The translations under genes were made by a program, and so were the position numbers. The notes beneath the pieces are model-generated. The model ran no database searches, was not told where the DNA came from, and saw only the letters and a list, made by a program, of their open reading frames with translations. This document shows, piece after piece, positions 44,776 through 55,700 of a stretch of DNA of 64,000 nt. Each line of letters begins with the position of its first letter. The first letter of the stretch is position 1. Source of the DNA: Rubripirellula sp. (GTDB lineage: Bacteria; Planctomycetota; Planctomycetia; Pirellulales; Pirellulaceae); assembly GCA_965216875.1 (NCBI GenBank), contig OZ244207.1, forward strand, positions 7,872,001-7,936,000. The letters run 5' to 3'.

Positions 44776-47700
44776 CTACTTGAGCTTGCGGGACCGCGAA
44801 CGCTCGGCGGGAAGGTGCAGCCGCAACTGAGGAATCGCTTCCTCATCTTCTTCGTGCAACTCGGCTGGCTTCGAAGTCTCATCACTCGACGTCTCTTGAT
44901 CCCCGTCGAGTTTGGATTCCGACTTTGCATCGTCGTGATGTCGATTGGCCAAGTGGGGCCGTGGCTTAAAGAACCGGCCTGCTGGACCAGCCAGTAGAGC
45001 GGGCAGCAAGATCAGGTCGCCCACCAAGGCGGCCGACAGCATGACCAACATCAGCGTCCCAAAACGTTGTGTTGGCGTGAACGTCGAGAGGGCGAAGACG
45101 AATAGGCCAAGTCCGCCCACGATCGTGGTCTGGGTCATCGCGGGGCCAACCCGCCGGTAAGTCTCGATGACCGCTTCGACGCGGCTGAGGCCTCGGTCGA
45201 GATTGGCGCGGAACCACGAAAGGAAATGGATCGTGTCGTCCACTGCGACGCCCATGGCAACCGAAGCTGTCATCATCGTGCCAATGTCAATCTTGATTCC
45301 CATATGGCACATCACGCCAAACACCAGCAGGACGGGGAAGACATTGGGGATCATCGACACCATGCCCGCGGCAAAGGCGTTGCCCATGTTGGATGGACGA
45401 AACGCCCGCCCAGGAAAACGACCTGGATTCAGGAGTGCGATCATCACGCAGGCGATCAACACAAACGCGAGACCGATCGAATGAGCCAAGCTTGTTAGCA
45501 GGGTCCGCTGCGCCTTGTAGACGACGGGAACGACACCGGTGTAGATCGCTTGCAGGTTTCCGACGCCTTGGACCTCGGGGATCTTGCCGTCGACGAGCGC
45601 TGCAATCGGTTCTTGTTCGATCACGTTGTGAGCGTCGACCAATCGTTGGGCCGACGCGAAGTGCTCTTTGGTGAGACCATCGCCGGCAAACCAGACAACG
45701 GCATCAAACTTGGCCAGGACCTTGTTCCAGCCTTCGCTTCCCGGTTCCAGCTTCGCGCTGGCTTCGTTGGCATCGAGCCAAGCGACTTTTCCGTTGATCT
45801 TTTCACCGGCCAACAGTTCGCGGAACGTGCCTAGGAAGATGTTCTCACTGATGATGTCATGATCCTCGCCCTGGACGACATCAATCGTGCTCAAACGAGC
45901 GGGACGTTTGCTGCCGACAACCAGAACGCGATCTTTTCCCGAAAGTGGAGTTCGTTTGCCGTCGGCGTCGGTCATCAACTGCGTCAGCAACTCGTCCCGA
46001 ACGTCATAGGCTCGCATGACCGGTTCAACGGTATCGCCCAGCGTCGAAATGAACAGTCCGTAGTCGACGTCGGAGAGCGCGCCGACACGAAGGCTGATCC
46101 GCCAAAGTTCGCTGCCCTGGTAGGGTCCATCTTCTTCGACGCGAAGGTAATCTGTGCTGATCAAGTCGGCGTGGGCCGCGAGCATTTCGTCGTTGAACTC
46201 GTTGCGGCGCCAATCGTAGCTGTTCTTGGGTGCCGGTAACGGTTTGAGGAAGGTTTCGACACTTGTGGTTTGACCCACAGTACCCTTGCCCGGTTCGCCG
46301 AGTGCACGATGCACGACTTTGCCAACACGTGAAATCATCTCGGCGCGTTGCAACACATTCAACGTGGGCTGAACCTCGGCCGAGGCGTCGTCGAGCTTTT
46401 CCGCTTGGATCGTTGGCGGAACGCGAACGACAAGTTCCATCGGAACGAGCTTGCCAAAATTGGATTCCAGCCATGCATAGTCTTCAATGATGCGCGCGTC
46501 CGGATCAAACAGCTTCAGAAGCTGTACGGAAGTTTGGATTTTGGTCAGGCCGAACGTGGTGACCGCTAACACCAACAGACATGCCGTTGCGACGATTCCA
46601 TGACGCTTGGTGATCCACCGTCCGACGGCCGCCCAGCAATCGGACAAAAAGCTCTCTTTGGGTGGCGGTACATCACCGCTATCCGCTTTCGTTTTTTCAA
46701 TGTTGAGGGTGGGGCGAAAGGTTTCCAGCGCGGCAGGCAAATACGAAAACAGGATGGCGAGTGTTGTGAGTACGCCGATTGCCGAATAGAGCCCAAAGTT
46801 GCTGATCGGAGCCAAGTTGCTGGTGAACAGCGAGACCAAGCCGATTGCCGTCGTGACCGAAGCGAGCGTGCAAGGCAGAAACGCGTGCCGCAAGGCTCGA
46901 CCGGGAGCGCCACTGGCACCGCGAGCGCGCACCTCGTCGCGATAGTAGTTGATCACATGAATCGCGCCCGAGAGTCCGAGCACGTAGACCAGCGACGGCA
47001 TGCTCATCAGAATCGCGTCGACTTGGCCGTCGGTCCACCAAACGACTGCCATGCTAAGCATTGCCGAGGAGCCACCGACAATGAAAACCATGATGGCGAT
47101 TTTGAAGCTGCCAAAGCAAAGGAACGAGAGGACGAATCCAATCACAATGCTGTAGCCAACCAATCGCACCAGCGTGATCGTGCCTTCTTCGTCGATCGCA
47201 ACGTTGTCGACTGGCGGCCCACCAAGACGCAATGGCGGCAAACCAGCGGCGACGACCGGGTCGGCGTCAAACGGTGGCGGCGCGATTGAGGGTGCCGGTG
47301 CCGCTTGAATCCCCGATTGTTCGGCGAGTTCAAGCAATCGTCCGCGTGGGCTGCCCAGGACGCCGCGGCCGAGCGCGTAGGGAAGGTTTTCTTTGGCCAG
47401 ATCGGTCAGCGTGACCAAGACACAGGTCGCCCGGGGTGGTGGTTCCACATCCGCATAATCGTAGACCGCGTACCAGACCTCAGTCTGTGTTTCGGTCGAG
47501 GCCGCCGCCAAGTTCTCGGTGTAGCCGTCGAATTGATCGTCGATGATCTCGGTCAACTTTTCAGAGACCAAGAACTCGAAATCCTCTGGCAGATCCCCAC
47601 GACGTTTCTCGGGAATGGCTGCGGTGAATTCATCGGGATTCCACGTGAATCCGTTGGGCACTGCCGGAGCGAACAGCGATCCGGTGAACCGTTTCATGGC

Positions 47701-48477
47701 CAATCGTTCGGCCACCAACTTTCGCTTGTCGGCATCGGTCAAGTCGATCGGCCAAAGCGGACCTTGCTCACAGGCAAGCTGCTCGACGATCGTTGCTCCC
47801 GTTTCGACCTTTTCGAATAGGGGCGCGCACAGGAGCGATGGGTCGTTGTAGAACGGGTTGACGAATTCTTCGGTGGACTCGGGTCCAAAGGCTGCAACGA
47901 ATTGGCCTTCAAGCTTGAAGTTGCCCCTGGACTTGCTGTATTCGCGAAAGCCCGAATACAGCGGGCCTTCGGTGACTTCCCAGCGAAAAAGACGCCCATC
48001 CGGTGTGATGTAGTGCCATACACCATCTTTGGCAGACTTGAGCCACTTCTCTTGCTGGCCGCCCCAATTGCGGTGATCGTTGTTGCCGGTGCGTAGAAGC
48101 TCGTACTTCTTTCCGGTTTCGCGAGCACGGAGGTAGGAGTCGACGAGCGAGTCCGAGACGACGCCGCGCGGGTCAAACTGCTCACTCTCGTGACGAATCT
48201 TTTCTTCAAAGAGTCTTAGACGGTCGTCGTCGCTACTGCAGCCTGGCCATGTTGCGACGACAAAGCTCTCACCGACGAAATGATCCGCAAACCAATTGAG
48301 TTCGGCGGTTTCGCGAAAGTCGCTTGGCAGCCAATCCTTGACGTCGTTTTCTTTCTTATTGAGGCTTTGGCGTGCTCCTCGAAAACCGAAAGGCAGCAGA
48401 AAGAAAAAGCCGAGGAGGATCAGAAGCGCATACGGAATCCCCAGCGGGCCACGTCGCTCTAGCAGGGGTAACTTCAT
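44776..48477 (-). CDS. MMPL/RND family transporter
   Basis: Two TM halves with large loops. LASVTTAIG, PISNFG, YTGVVPVVYKAQ, ASVAMGVAVDDTIHFL and GDLILLPALL. Confidence 0.9.
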   Translation of the reverse strand: MKLPLLERRGPLGIPYALLILLGFFFLLPFGFRGARQSLNKKENDVKDWLPSDFRETAELNWFADHFVGESFVVATWPGCSSDDDRLRLFEEKIRHESEQFDPRGVVSDSLVDSYLRARETGKKYELLRTGNNDHRNWGGQQEKWLKSAKDGVWHYITPDGRLFRWEVTEGPLYSGFREYSKSRGNFKLEGQFVAAFGPESTEEFVNPFYNDPSLLCAPLFEKVETGATIVEQLACEQGPLWPIDLTDADKRKLVAERLAMKRFTGSLFAPAVPNGFTWNPDEFTAAIPEKRRGDLPEDFEFLVSEKLTEIIDDQFDGYTENLAAASTETQTEVWYAVYDYADVEPPPRATCVLVTLTDLAKENLPYALGRGVLGSPRGRLLELAEQSGIQAAPAPSIAPPPFDADPVVAAGLPPLRLGGPPVDNVAIDEEGTITLVRLVGYSIVIGFVLSFLCFGSFKIAIMVFIVGGSSAMLSMAVVWWTDGQVDAILMSMPSLVYVLGLSGAIHVINYYRDEVRARGASGAPGRALRHAFLPCTLASVTTAIGLVSLFTSNLAPISNFGLYSAIGVLTTLAILFSYLPAALETFRPTLNIEKTKADSGDVPPPKESFLSDCWAAVGRWITKRHGIVATACLLVLAVTTFGLTKIQTSVQLLKLFDPDARIIEDYAWLESNFGKLVPMELVVRVPPTIQAEKLDDASAEVQPTLNVLQRAEMISRVGKVVHRALGEPGKGTVGQTTSVETFLKPLPAPKNSYDWRRNEFNDEMLAAHADLISTDYLRVEEDGPYQGSELWRISLRVGALSDVDYGLFISTLGDTVEPVMRAYDVRDELLTQLMTDADGKRTPLSGKDRVLVVGSKRPARLSTIDVVQGEDHDIISENIFLGTFRELLAGEKINGKVAWLDANEASAKLEPGSEGWNKVLAKFDAVVWFAGDGLTKEHFASAQRLVDAHNVIEQEPIAALVDGKIPEVQGVGNLQAIYTGVVPVVYKAQRTLLTSLAHSIGLAFVLIACVMIALLNPGRFPGRAFRPSNMGNAFAAGMVSMIPNVFPVLLVFGVMCHMGIKIDIGTMMTASVAMGVAVDDTIHFLSWFRANLDRGLSRVEAVIETYRRVGPAMTQTTIVGGLGLFVFALSTFTPTQRFGTLMLVMLSAALVGDLILLPALLAGPAGRFFKPRPHLANRHHDDAKSESKLDGDQETSSDETSKPAELHEEDEEAIPQLRLHLPAERSRSRKLK

Positions 48478-48899
48478 ACGAAGATCAGGTGCCTGGGCAG
48501 ATGGAGCAATGGATCGGGCAACGAAGGTGGTCCCGATGGATCGATTAAGCTACCGCCGATCGGGAAAACGGTCTACTTCAAACCGAGCTTGGCGGCAGTG
48601 CCAATCGCGATCCAATTGATGGTTGTTCCGGTCGCGGTCACTTTGACGATGACGGTCTGGGGTGAGGCGTTTGGTCGCTTCACCCGCCGAAACGAGCTGA
48701 ATTCTGATTCGCAATAATCTAATCACTGGCGAAAAAGGCGATAGAGCTACTTTCCCCTTCGGATTCCCACCTTGCATCTTGGGGGCAAATGGGCTCGATT
48801 GACGCTTGGCTCACCCCCCAAGGCGTCCATCCCCGTTTCTCGGGGTTGATGGGGATTGGTTAATCACCCCCCTCGACCCCCATTTGGGAGGCAAATTGA

Positions 48900-49955
48900 A
48901 TGTCGGAATCCCTGCGATCCCTTACTGCGACCGGAACGAAACTCTATCTCGATTCGGTGGATCCCACCGAAGTTGATCGCAATCTCGCTTGGGGCGCCGT
49001 CGGCGCGACGAGCAATCCAGCGATCATTTCCGGAATTGTCAAAGCCGGTGGATTTGACGCAGACATCGAGCGTTTGATCTCTGAGGGCAAAGATGACGAG
49101 GCGGTCGCCTGGGGTTTGACCGAAAAACTGGTCAGCGAAGCGGAAGCCAAGTTCGCTGGGATTCACCAAGAATCGGGCGGCAACACCGGTTGGGTCAGCT
49201 TCGAACTCGATCCATTGCTCGAAGATCCCGAAGCGGGACTGAGCGATGCGGAGCGAACTGAGCAATACATCGAAACGGGCAAAGCTTGGGCCGCTGGACG
49301 CACCAACCGCATGATCAAAGTCCCAGCAACCGAAGCTGGTCTGGCAGCGTTGGAAGAGTTGGCCGCTGCAGGCGTGACGCTCAACGTCACCCTGATCTTT
49401 ACGGATGATCAATATCGACGCGCTCGCGAAGCGGTATGGCGTGGGGCGCAGCGACGTGATGATCTTTCTACATTCAAGAGCGTGTACAGCATATTCATCT
49501 CGCGCATTGACGTTTACACCCAACAGCAAGTGTCGGATCTCTCCGACGATGCTCAAGGGCAAGTCGGTATCTTGAATGCCAAGCGGATTTGGGCCGAGAA
49601 CCAGTCGTTTTGGGCCGACAAAGGTTTGGCTCTTGAACAAGAGTTGATCTTCGCCAGCACTGGAACCAAAGACCCCGCCGATTCACCTTGGCGATATGTC
49701 GACGCGTTGGCTGGCAGTGACATTCAAACCAACCCGCCTGGGACCAACGACGCGATCGCTTCGGCGGATGTCACGTTCACTCGCAAAGTCGATCAATTGC
49801 CAAGTGATGCCGTCGCGAGCGAGATTGATGCAAAGGTCGACGTGGCCGCGATGCACAAAACCTTGATGGAAGAAGGCGTCGCCAAGTTTGTTCAACCGCA
49901 ACAAGCACTGTTGAATCTGATTGCCGAGAAGCGTCGCGAGTTGTCGCCCGCTTGA
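48900..49955 (+). CDS. tal: Transaldolase
   Basis: [28 protein letters not shown] (Schiff-base Lys), [14 protein letters not shown] and ASTGTKDP. Confidence 0.95.
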   Translation: MSESLRSLTATGTKLYLDSVDPTEVDRNLAWGAVGATSNPAIISGIVKAGGFDADIERLISEGKDDEAVAWGLTEKLVSEAEAKFAGIHQESGGNTGWVSFELDPLLEDPEAGLSDAERTEQYIETGKAWAAGRTNRMIKVPATEAGLAALEELAAAGVTLNVTLIFTDDQYRRAREAVWRGAQRRDDLSTFKSVYSIFISRIDVYTQQQVSDLSDDAQGQVGILNAKRIWAENQSFWADKGLALEQELIFASTGTKDPADSPWRYVDALAGSDIQTNPPGTNDAIASADVTFTRKVDQLPSDAVASEIDAKVDVAAMHKTLMEEGVAKFVQPQQALLNLIAEKRRELSPA

Positions 49956-49969
49956 GTGGCCGCTTAGCG

Positions 49970-49999
49970 GTGAGCCTTGATCGCGTCAGCGACCGGGCC
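49970..49999 (+). repeat. REP-like element, family C
   Basis: GTGAGCCTTGATCGCGTCAGCGACCGGGCC, very close to the 18459 copy; lies between convergent genes. Confidence 0.75.
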
Positions 50000-50040
50000 G
50001 TTCTTTCCTATCGTCCCTGCGCCGCAAGACGGCGCACGGG

Positions 50041-52446
50041 CTATTCCGGCAGATTGTTGCCAGCGAGCGCGGCGCGAAGGTATTCACTTTGCGTTGCGCG
50101 ACAGATGTCAAGCAAATCGTGCGTGTCACGAAGCAGTTCGAGCCACTTGACCTCTTCGGCTTTGGCTTGATCGCCAATGCGTTCTGCGGCAACGGCGATT
50201 TGTTCGATGTCGCAGGTTCTTGCGATCATGCATAATCGCTCGGACAAAGACTGTAACCCTTCGGCATCCTGCGCATCGATAGCTTGCGCCAACCGCTCGA
50301 CTTGGTAGCCGATTTGCAAGGTGGTTTGTTTACGCAGCGAATGTGCTCCCTTAGTGATCGCAGCGTGGCGCATCTCAATTTTCTCCGCAAAGTGCTCAAC
50401 CAATCTTGGGTCGAATTGCGTGCCGGCACAACGCCGCAGTTCCTCGAGTGCTTCCTCGTGCGTTCGGCCTTTCCGATAGACGCGATCGGAAACCATTGCA
50501 TCGTAGCTGTCGGCGATGCTAAGCAACCTCGCGCCCATTGGGATGTTGTCTCCGGTTGGCAAATGCGGGTCGCGAGCTGCGCCGCCATAAAACGCGTGAT
50601 GCGTTGAAATGATGGAGGTCAATTCCGGGCAATCAAATGCGCTGGCGATGATCTCGACGCCGATGCGATCGTGTCGCCCCATCAACTCCCATTCGTCCCG
50701 GGTCAGCGGTCCTGGTTTGAGCAGGATGTGATCGGGAACACCAATCTTGCCAATGTCATGAAGCAAGGCGGCGATTTCGAGCACGTAAGTTTGTTCCGGA
50801 TCAAACAGACCATCCGAGACGCGTGCGCAAAGGTCGGCAACACGGCGACTGTGTTCCGCCGTGTTGACATCACGGTAGGAAAGCGCGGAGATTAACGCGG
50901 TGACCGCTTGGTACGGAATGTCAATTCGCTTGGCCGGTTTATCTTCGGTCGCCTGATCGATCATCTCAGCCATGCTGGTGTTGTAGACGATCACGCGGTT
51001 TCGTCCTTCACGTTTTGCCACGTAAAGGCAAGCGTCGGCTTGGTTGATCAAATCTTGCGGGTCGGTCGGATCAAACCGCAACTCCGAAACACCCATACTG
51101 GCCGAAAGTTTGAGGTCGGCGGGGTCTTCGAGAACGATGTCCATGATTGCCAGCCGCGTTTTCTCGGCTTCAGCCGACGCACGTTCGACATCAAATCCGG
51201 GCAACAGCACACAGAATTCTTCGCCACCGTAGCGGCAGACCAGTCCATGGTGTTGATGCATTTCGCGAATCGTCTTCGAAACGCGCCGCAAGACTTCGTC
51301 ACCGGTATGGTGGCCGTACGTGTCGTTGACGCTCTTGAAGTGGTCGATGTCCATCATCAAGCAGGAAAGCGGCACGTTTGACTTGCCAGCTTCGGCCCAC
51401 AGCCGATCAAAGCGTTCGAAGAACGCGCGTCGGTTCAAGCAACCAGTCAACGCATCTTGCGTCGCCAAGATTTCGAGTTCGCTGTTTTTGCGTTTGATTT
51501 CATCGCGGCTGCTTCGCAGCAAGCTGAGCATCTTTTCCAGCTCCGCGCGGTGCTCCTCGATATGCGTGACATCGCGGAACGTCGCGAGCGCCCCGCGTTG
51601 CGACCGATCTTTTCCAAGCGGTGCGGCATTGACCGAAAAGATCCGTTGGGTCGTGTCACTGCTTGCATATCGCAGCATGTGTTCGGATTGCACTTCGAAG
51701 TTGTCGATGGCACGCAGCCAGGGAAACTCGATCGTTTCGTTTTCTGCGGTGACCCAAGCGAGGTCACTGGCAAGCTTCCCGGCAAGCTCTTCAGGGGTTT
51801 TGCGAACGGTGTCGGCAAACGCACGATTGGCCAAGACGATCCGTCCGTCCTCGTCGAGCACCAAGAGTCCCTCGGCAAGTGTGTCCAATGCTTGTCGAAC
51901 ACGCTCGGGAACCACCTGAGTGTTGTTGAACAGTTTCAGTACGCGAACCACGAAAAACGTGTAACCAAAAACGCCGGTGATACAGAAGAACGCGACCAAC
52001 CTCAGCAGCGGATGGTGCATCGCCTGTTCGAACGCCGTCCCGTGGGGTTTTTTGTAGCAGATTTCGACATCCCCCCAGGGACGCCGGTTCAGCGTGATCG
52101 GTACTTGGACCGCTTCGACGCGCGTGTCTTCTTTTTCGCGGGTGGGCCAAATCTCGGCGTGATGGCCCGTATCGACGCGCAAGGTTCCCAGATCACTGCG
52201 CAGACCGATCGACAAGATGTCGCTGTTGCGGTCAACCAGCGTCTCGAGCGTGACCTGCAAGTCCGACCATTGCTGTTTGCGGACATGAGCGGCGACGTTG
52301 ACCGCGATGGTTTCGCTGATCGATTGGCGCGCATGGGCAACGACAGGCGCGGAATCGGGAACAAACCCGAACCAGTGCGCCCCAAGGATAAGGCTGGCGC
52401 CGACGCAAACGAGTGCGACGGCCAACCTCAGCGATGCGAAGTACAT
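50041..52446 (-). CDS. Membrane diguanylate cyclase / HD-GYP-type protein (2 TM + periplasmic sensor + PAS + GGDEF + HD-GYP-like + Hpt-like)
   Basis: Likely start ATG 52446 (MYFASLRL). PAS (ALDTLAEGLLVLD...ANRAF...FRDVT), DALTGCLNRR, DIDHFK, RYGGEEF, HSRRVA, LHDIGKIGVPD.IL.KPG.L and IADSYDAM...YRK, GTQFDP. Confidence 0.9.
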   Translation of the reverse strand: MYFASLRLAVALVCVGASLILGAHWFGFVPDSAPVVAHARQSISETIAVNVAAHVRKQQWSDLQVTLETLVDRNSDILSIGLRSDLGTLRVDTGHHAEIWPTREKEDTRVEAVQVPITLNRRPWGDVEICYKKPHGTAFEQAMHHPLLRLVAFFCITGVFGYTFFVVRVLKLFNNTQVVPERVRQALDTLAEGLLVLDEDGRIVLANRAFADTVRKTPEELAGKLASDLAWVTAENETIEFPWLRAIDNFEVQSEHMLRYASSDTTQRIFSVNAAPLGKDRSQRGALATFRDVTHIEEHRAELEKMLSLLRSSRDEIKRKNSELEILATQDALTGCLNRRAFFERFDRLWAEAGKSNVPLSCLMMDIDHFKSVNDTYGHHTGDEVLRRVSKTIREMHQHHGLVCRYGGEEFCVLLPGFDVERASAEAEKTRLAIMDIVLEDPADLKLSASMGVSELRFDPTDPQDLINQADACLYVAKREGRNRVIVYNTSMAEMIDQATEDKPAKRIDIPYQAVTALISALSYRDVNTAEHSRRVADLCARVSDGLFDPEQTYVLEIAALLHDIGKIGVPDHILLKPGPLTRDEWELMGRHDRIGVEIIASAFDCPELTSIISTHHAFYGGAARDPHLPTGDNIPMGARLLSIADSYDAMVSDRVYRKGRTHEEALEELRRCAGTQFDPRLVEHFAEKIEMRHAAITKGAHSLRKQTTLQIGYQVERLAQAIDAQDAEGLQSLSERLCMIARTCDIEQIAVAAERIGDQAKAEEVKWLELLRDTHDLLDICRATQSEYLRAALAGNNLPE

Positions 52447-52683
52447 TTTGCCCAAGGTGGTTCTGCGCTTTTTAGCAGACCTACGTTTGGCCCCCCGCGC
52501 GCGCAAAGAGCCTTTATGCAAGTTTTGCTCATCGACAAATCGAACGTCGCAGAAATGCCATGGTCCATCGACAGTGGTGGGAAACCTTCGCGGGTTGTAC
52601 CGATTGTGATGGCTGATTCCGATCGAGCGGGGGAGAACGCGCGAACGGGGGCGTGGTGGGGAGGTGGGAAGAGAAGTGAATCG

Positions 52684-52788
52684 GGGACTCGTGCCGTAGT
52701 GGACGAGGCCACGAGTCCCTTCGAGCCCACCGTGCAACGATGAGGGACTCGTAGCCTCGTCCACTACGGGAATTCGTCCACTACGGGA
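52684..52788. repeat. REP doublet, family D, with partial extra copies
   Basis: GTAGTGGACGAGGCCACGAGTCCC (52696-52719), inverted GGGACTCGTAGCCTCGTCCACTAC (52744-52767), and partial copies at 52684 and 52774. Confidence 0.88.
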
Positions 52789-52794
52789 GCGTCG

Positions 52795-55700
52795 TTATCC
52801 CAGGAAGCGATCGAGGCCGTCTTTGCCGCGCGCGGTTCGGTAGGCGGTCAGCAACGAGGTTGGGTCAATCATTCTCCAGGCCGGCATGCTCGAGGCGACC
52901 GCCGTCATGAACGCTCCGCCGCGCAGCGCCCACAGCACGTAGCCGACTGAAAAGACGCCCGCGCCTGCGCCCGCCGTTCCGACGAAGTAACTCATCGGTG
53001 TCTGACCAAAGTCCTCCTGAGCTTCGTCCCACTGTTGCCAAACGATCGCCTGTTCCATGTCGAGATGCAGGAGTCGTTCGAGCATTTCGATTTCGGCCGA
53101 ATACTGTTGCGAGGAGAATTCAAGTCGGGACAGGTCGCCGGAGTAGCCTCGAGAAGCAGCTTCCATCGCTGCGTCACGCAGACGCTTCGCAGCGTTCGCG
53201 CGTTCCTCTTCAGGGCTCATGTCGCCTGGCATGCGCTCCTTAGCGGCTCGTTCTTTTGCCGAGATCGATTGAGGCGCGACTCCTACCGTCGTGCCCGAAT
53301 CGGCCGGGCTCTCATCACCATCAAGTGAATCGTCCTCGGTTTCAGGTTCTGGATCCGGTTCCGGATCGGGTTCTGGATCCGGCTCGGGATCAGGTTCTGG
53401 CTCGGGATCCGGTTCGGGGTCAGGGTCTGGTTCAGGATCCGGATCGGGCACACCGCCGATCACGGTGATCTCGACAGTAACGATGTTCCCTAGCAGTGAT
53501 CCGTCGCTCACTTGGTAGGTGAGCGTGTCGACGCCAACGAAGCCAGCGTCGGAGGTGTAGTTGATGGTTCCGTTGGCCAGCACTGTCACGTTGCCGTGAG
53601 TCGGTGGGGTGACCAAGATCGCCATCATCGGATCCCCTTCGGGATCAAAGTCATTGACCAAGACTCCCGGCGTCCCGACCACCATTGAACTGCCACTTGT
53701 CGTGCTGTAGCTATCGTTGTTGGCGATCGGCGCTTCATTCACGTCGGTGATGTTGATCGAAAAAACGCCGTCGCTGAACGAGCCGTCACTGCTGGTCGCT
53801 CTTACGGTGATGTTGTGGCTGGTGTCGGTCTCGTGATCAAGTCCGCCCACCACGGTGACGACGCCACTTGCCGAATCAATTGCAAACCGCCCACCGGCGC
53901 TGTCAGCAAGCGAGTAGGTGATCGAGTCCGATGCGTCGGGATCGATTGCGGATCCTGTGATGCCGACCACTGTGCCGGTGATCGCGTTTTCAGCAACCGA
54001 ATTGGCCGATCCGTCGACGTCACTGACGGAACCGACGGGTGACTCGTTCACATCGTTGATCGCGATCACAAACACCGATGTGGTCGAAGATCCATCGCTG
54101 CTCGTGCTGCGAACGGTAATGTTGCGACTGGCCCCATCGAGCTCGCGGTCGATGGAACCAGCAACGGTCACCACACCTGAATTGAGGTCGATTGCGAAGC
54201 GGCCTCCATCGTCGTCATCCAGCGTGTAGGTCACATTGTTGTTGGTTGCATCTGCGTCGGACGCCGAGGCGGTGATGCCGACCGTCGTTCCGACCGTCGC
54301 GTTTTCGTTCACGTTGTTGCCGGTGGCATCGATGTCGGTGGTCGAGGAAACCGCGAACTCATTCACATCGCCGATGCTGATCGTAAATGATTGGGTTTGG
54401 AAGGAACCATCAGTCGATGTTGCGCGCACGGTGATGCTTCGCGTTGCTCCATCCAGCTCGCGATCAATCGCGCCCGCGACGGTGACGATTCCCGAATTCA
54501 GGTCGATCGCAAAGCGACCACCGTCGTTATCATCAAGTGTGTAAGTGACCGTGTCGCCAACGTCGAGATCGTCTGCGAAGGCCGTCACGCCAACCGTGGC
54601 GCCGATCGTGCTGTTTTCGAGGACAAAGTCGGCGCCGCCATCGCTATCCGAAACGGATGTGATCGCGTTGTCGTTGATTAGTGTGATCGCAATGTTAAGC
54701 GTGCCCGTTGCGGGGACCGCGCCGTCCTCGCCGCCGTCAGCAAGTGAGAAACTAAAGGCATCGCTATTGGTTTCCGTGCCATCGTGGTCGTAGGTGACCA
54801 ACCCAGCGTCAATGTCGGCCTGGGTGAACGTGTCGTTGAGTCCCAAGGCACCAAAACCAGCGAGGAACAGCGTGCCGTTGTCGGTCACATTGGTGATGGT
54901 GTAGGTCAAGCCAGCGCCGGCGTCATCCACATCGCTCTCGGCAAGCATCGCTGTTGTGATGGTATTGCCCGTCGATCCTTCAACGAAGGTCGGTCCGTTA
55001 AGAATCACCGTTGGCGAGTCGTTAACGGCGGTGATGTCGACACTGATGCTGCCCAGATCGATGTCCGTTCCGCCGCCAGCACCGGTGTTGCCGTTGTCGT
55101 TGATTTCGACTTGAATCGAATCGGCGCCCACACCGTTCAAGTTCAATGTGGTGTGTTGGTAGCTCAGGTTGGATGTGTTGTTGAAATAGGTGTTCAGGTC
55201 GGTAAGCGTGCCGGTGAGGGTGATCGCAGACGGCGTTCCGCCAAGAGTGATCCCGGCCATGGTTGCGGCGGTCAGATTGCCCCCAGTGCTGGTGCTTAAC
55301 GTGACCGTCAACAAGTCGCTCGCACCTGCGTCGATGTCGGCAAAGTCGACAGCCGACAAATCGATACTCGTTGCTGCGTCTTCAGTGACCGTGACGCTTG
55401 CTGGTAGTGAACCATCGTTGGTTGGGTCGTTGTTGACGCCGCCAATGTCGACCGAAACACTTCCCAAATTGATGTCGGTTCCGCCGCCGGTACCGGTGTT
55501 TCCATTGTCGTTAATTTCAACCTGAATCGAATCGGCACCCACGCCGCTTGTGGCGGGAACCGAGTGAAGGTAGCTGAGGTTCGACGTGTTGTTGAAATAG
55601 GTGTTCAGGTCAGCGAGTGTACCGGTGATCGTCAGTGCCGAAGGTGTCCCACCGAAGCTGATGCCGGCCATCGCGGCACCTGACAAGTTTCCGCCAGTGC

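Noticed and set aside
51457..52743. 428-aa plus-strand ORF
   Set aside because: Antisense shadow of the diguanylate cyclase, and it runs into a REP.
52447..52764. 106-aa N-terminal extension of the diguanylate cyclase in the ORF track
   Set aside because: It begins inside a REP doublet and has non-protein-like composition; ATG 52446 directly precedes the first TM.
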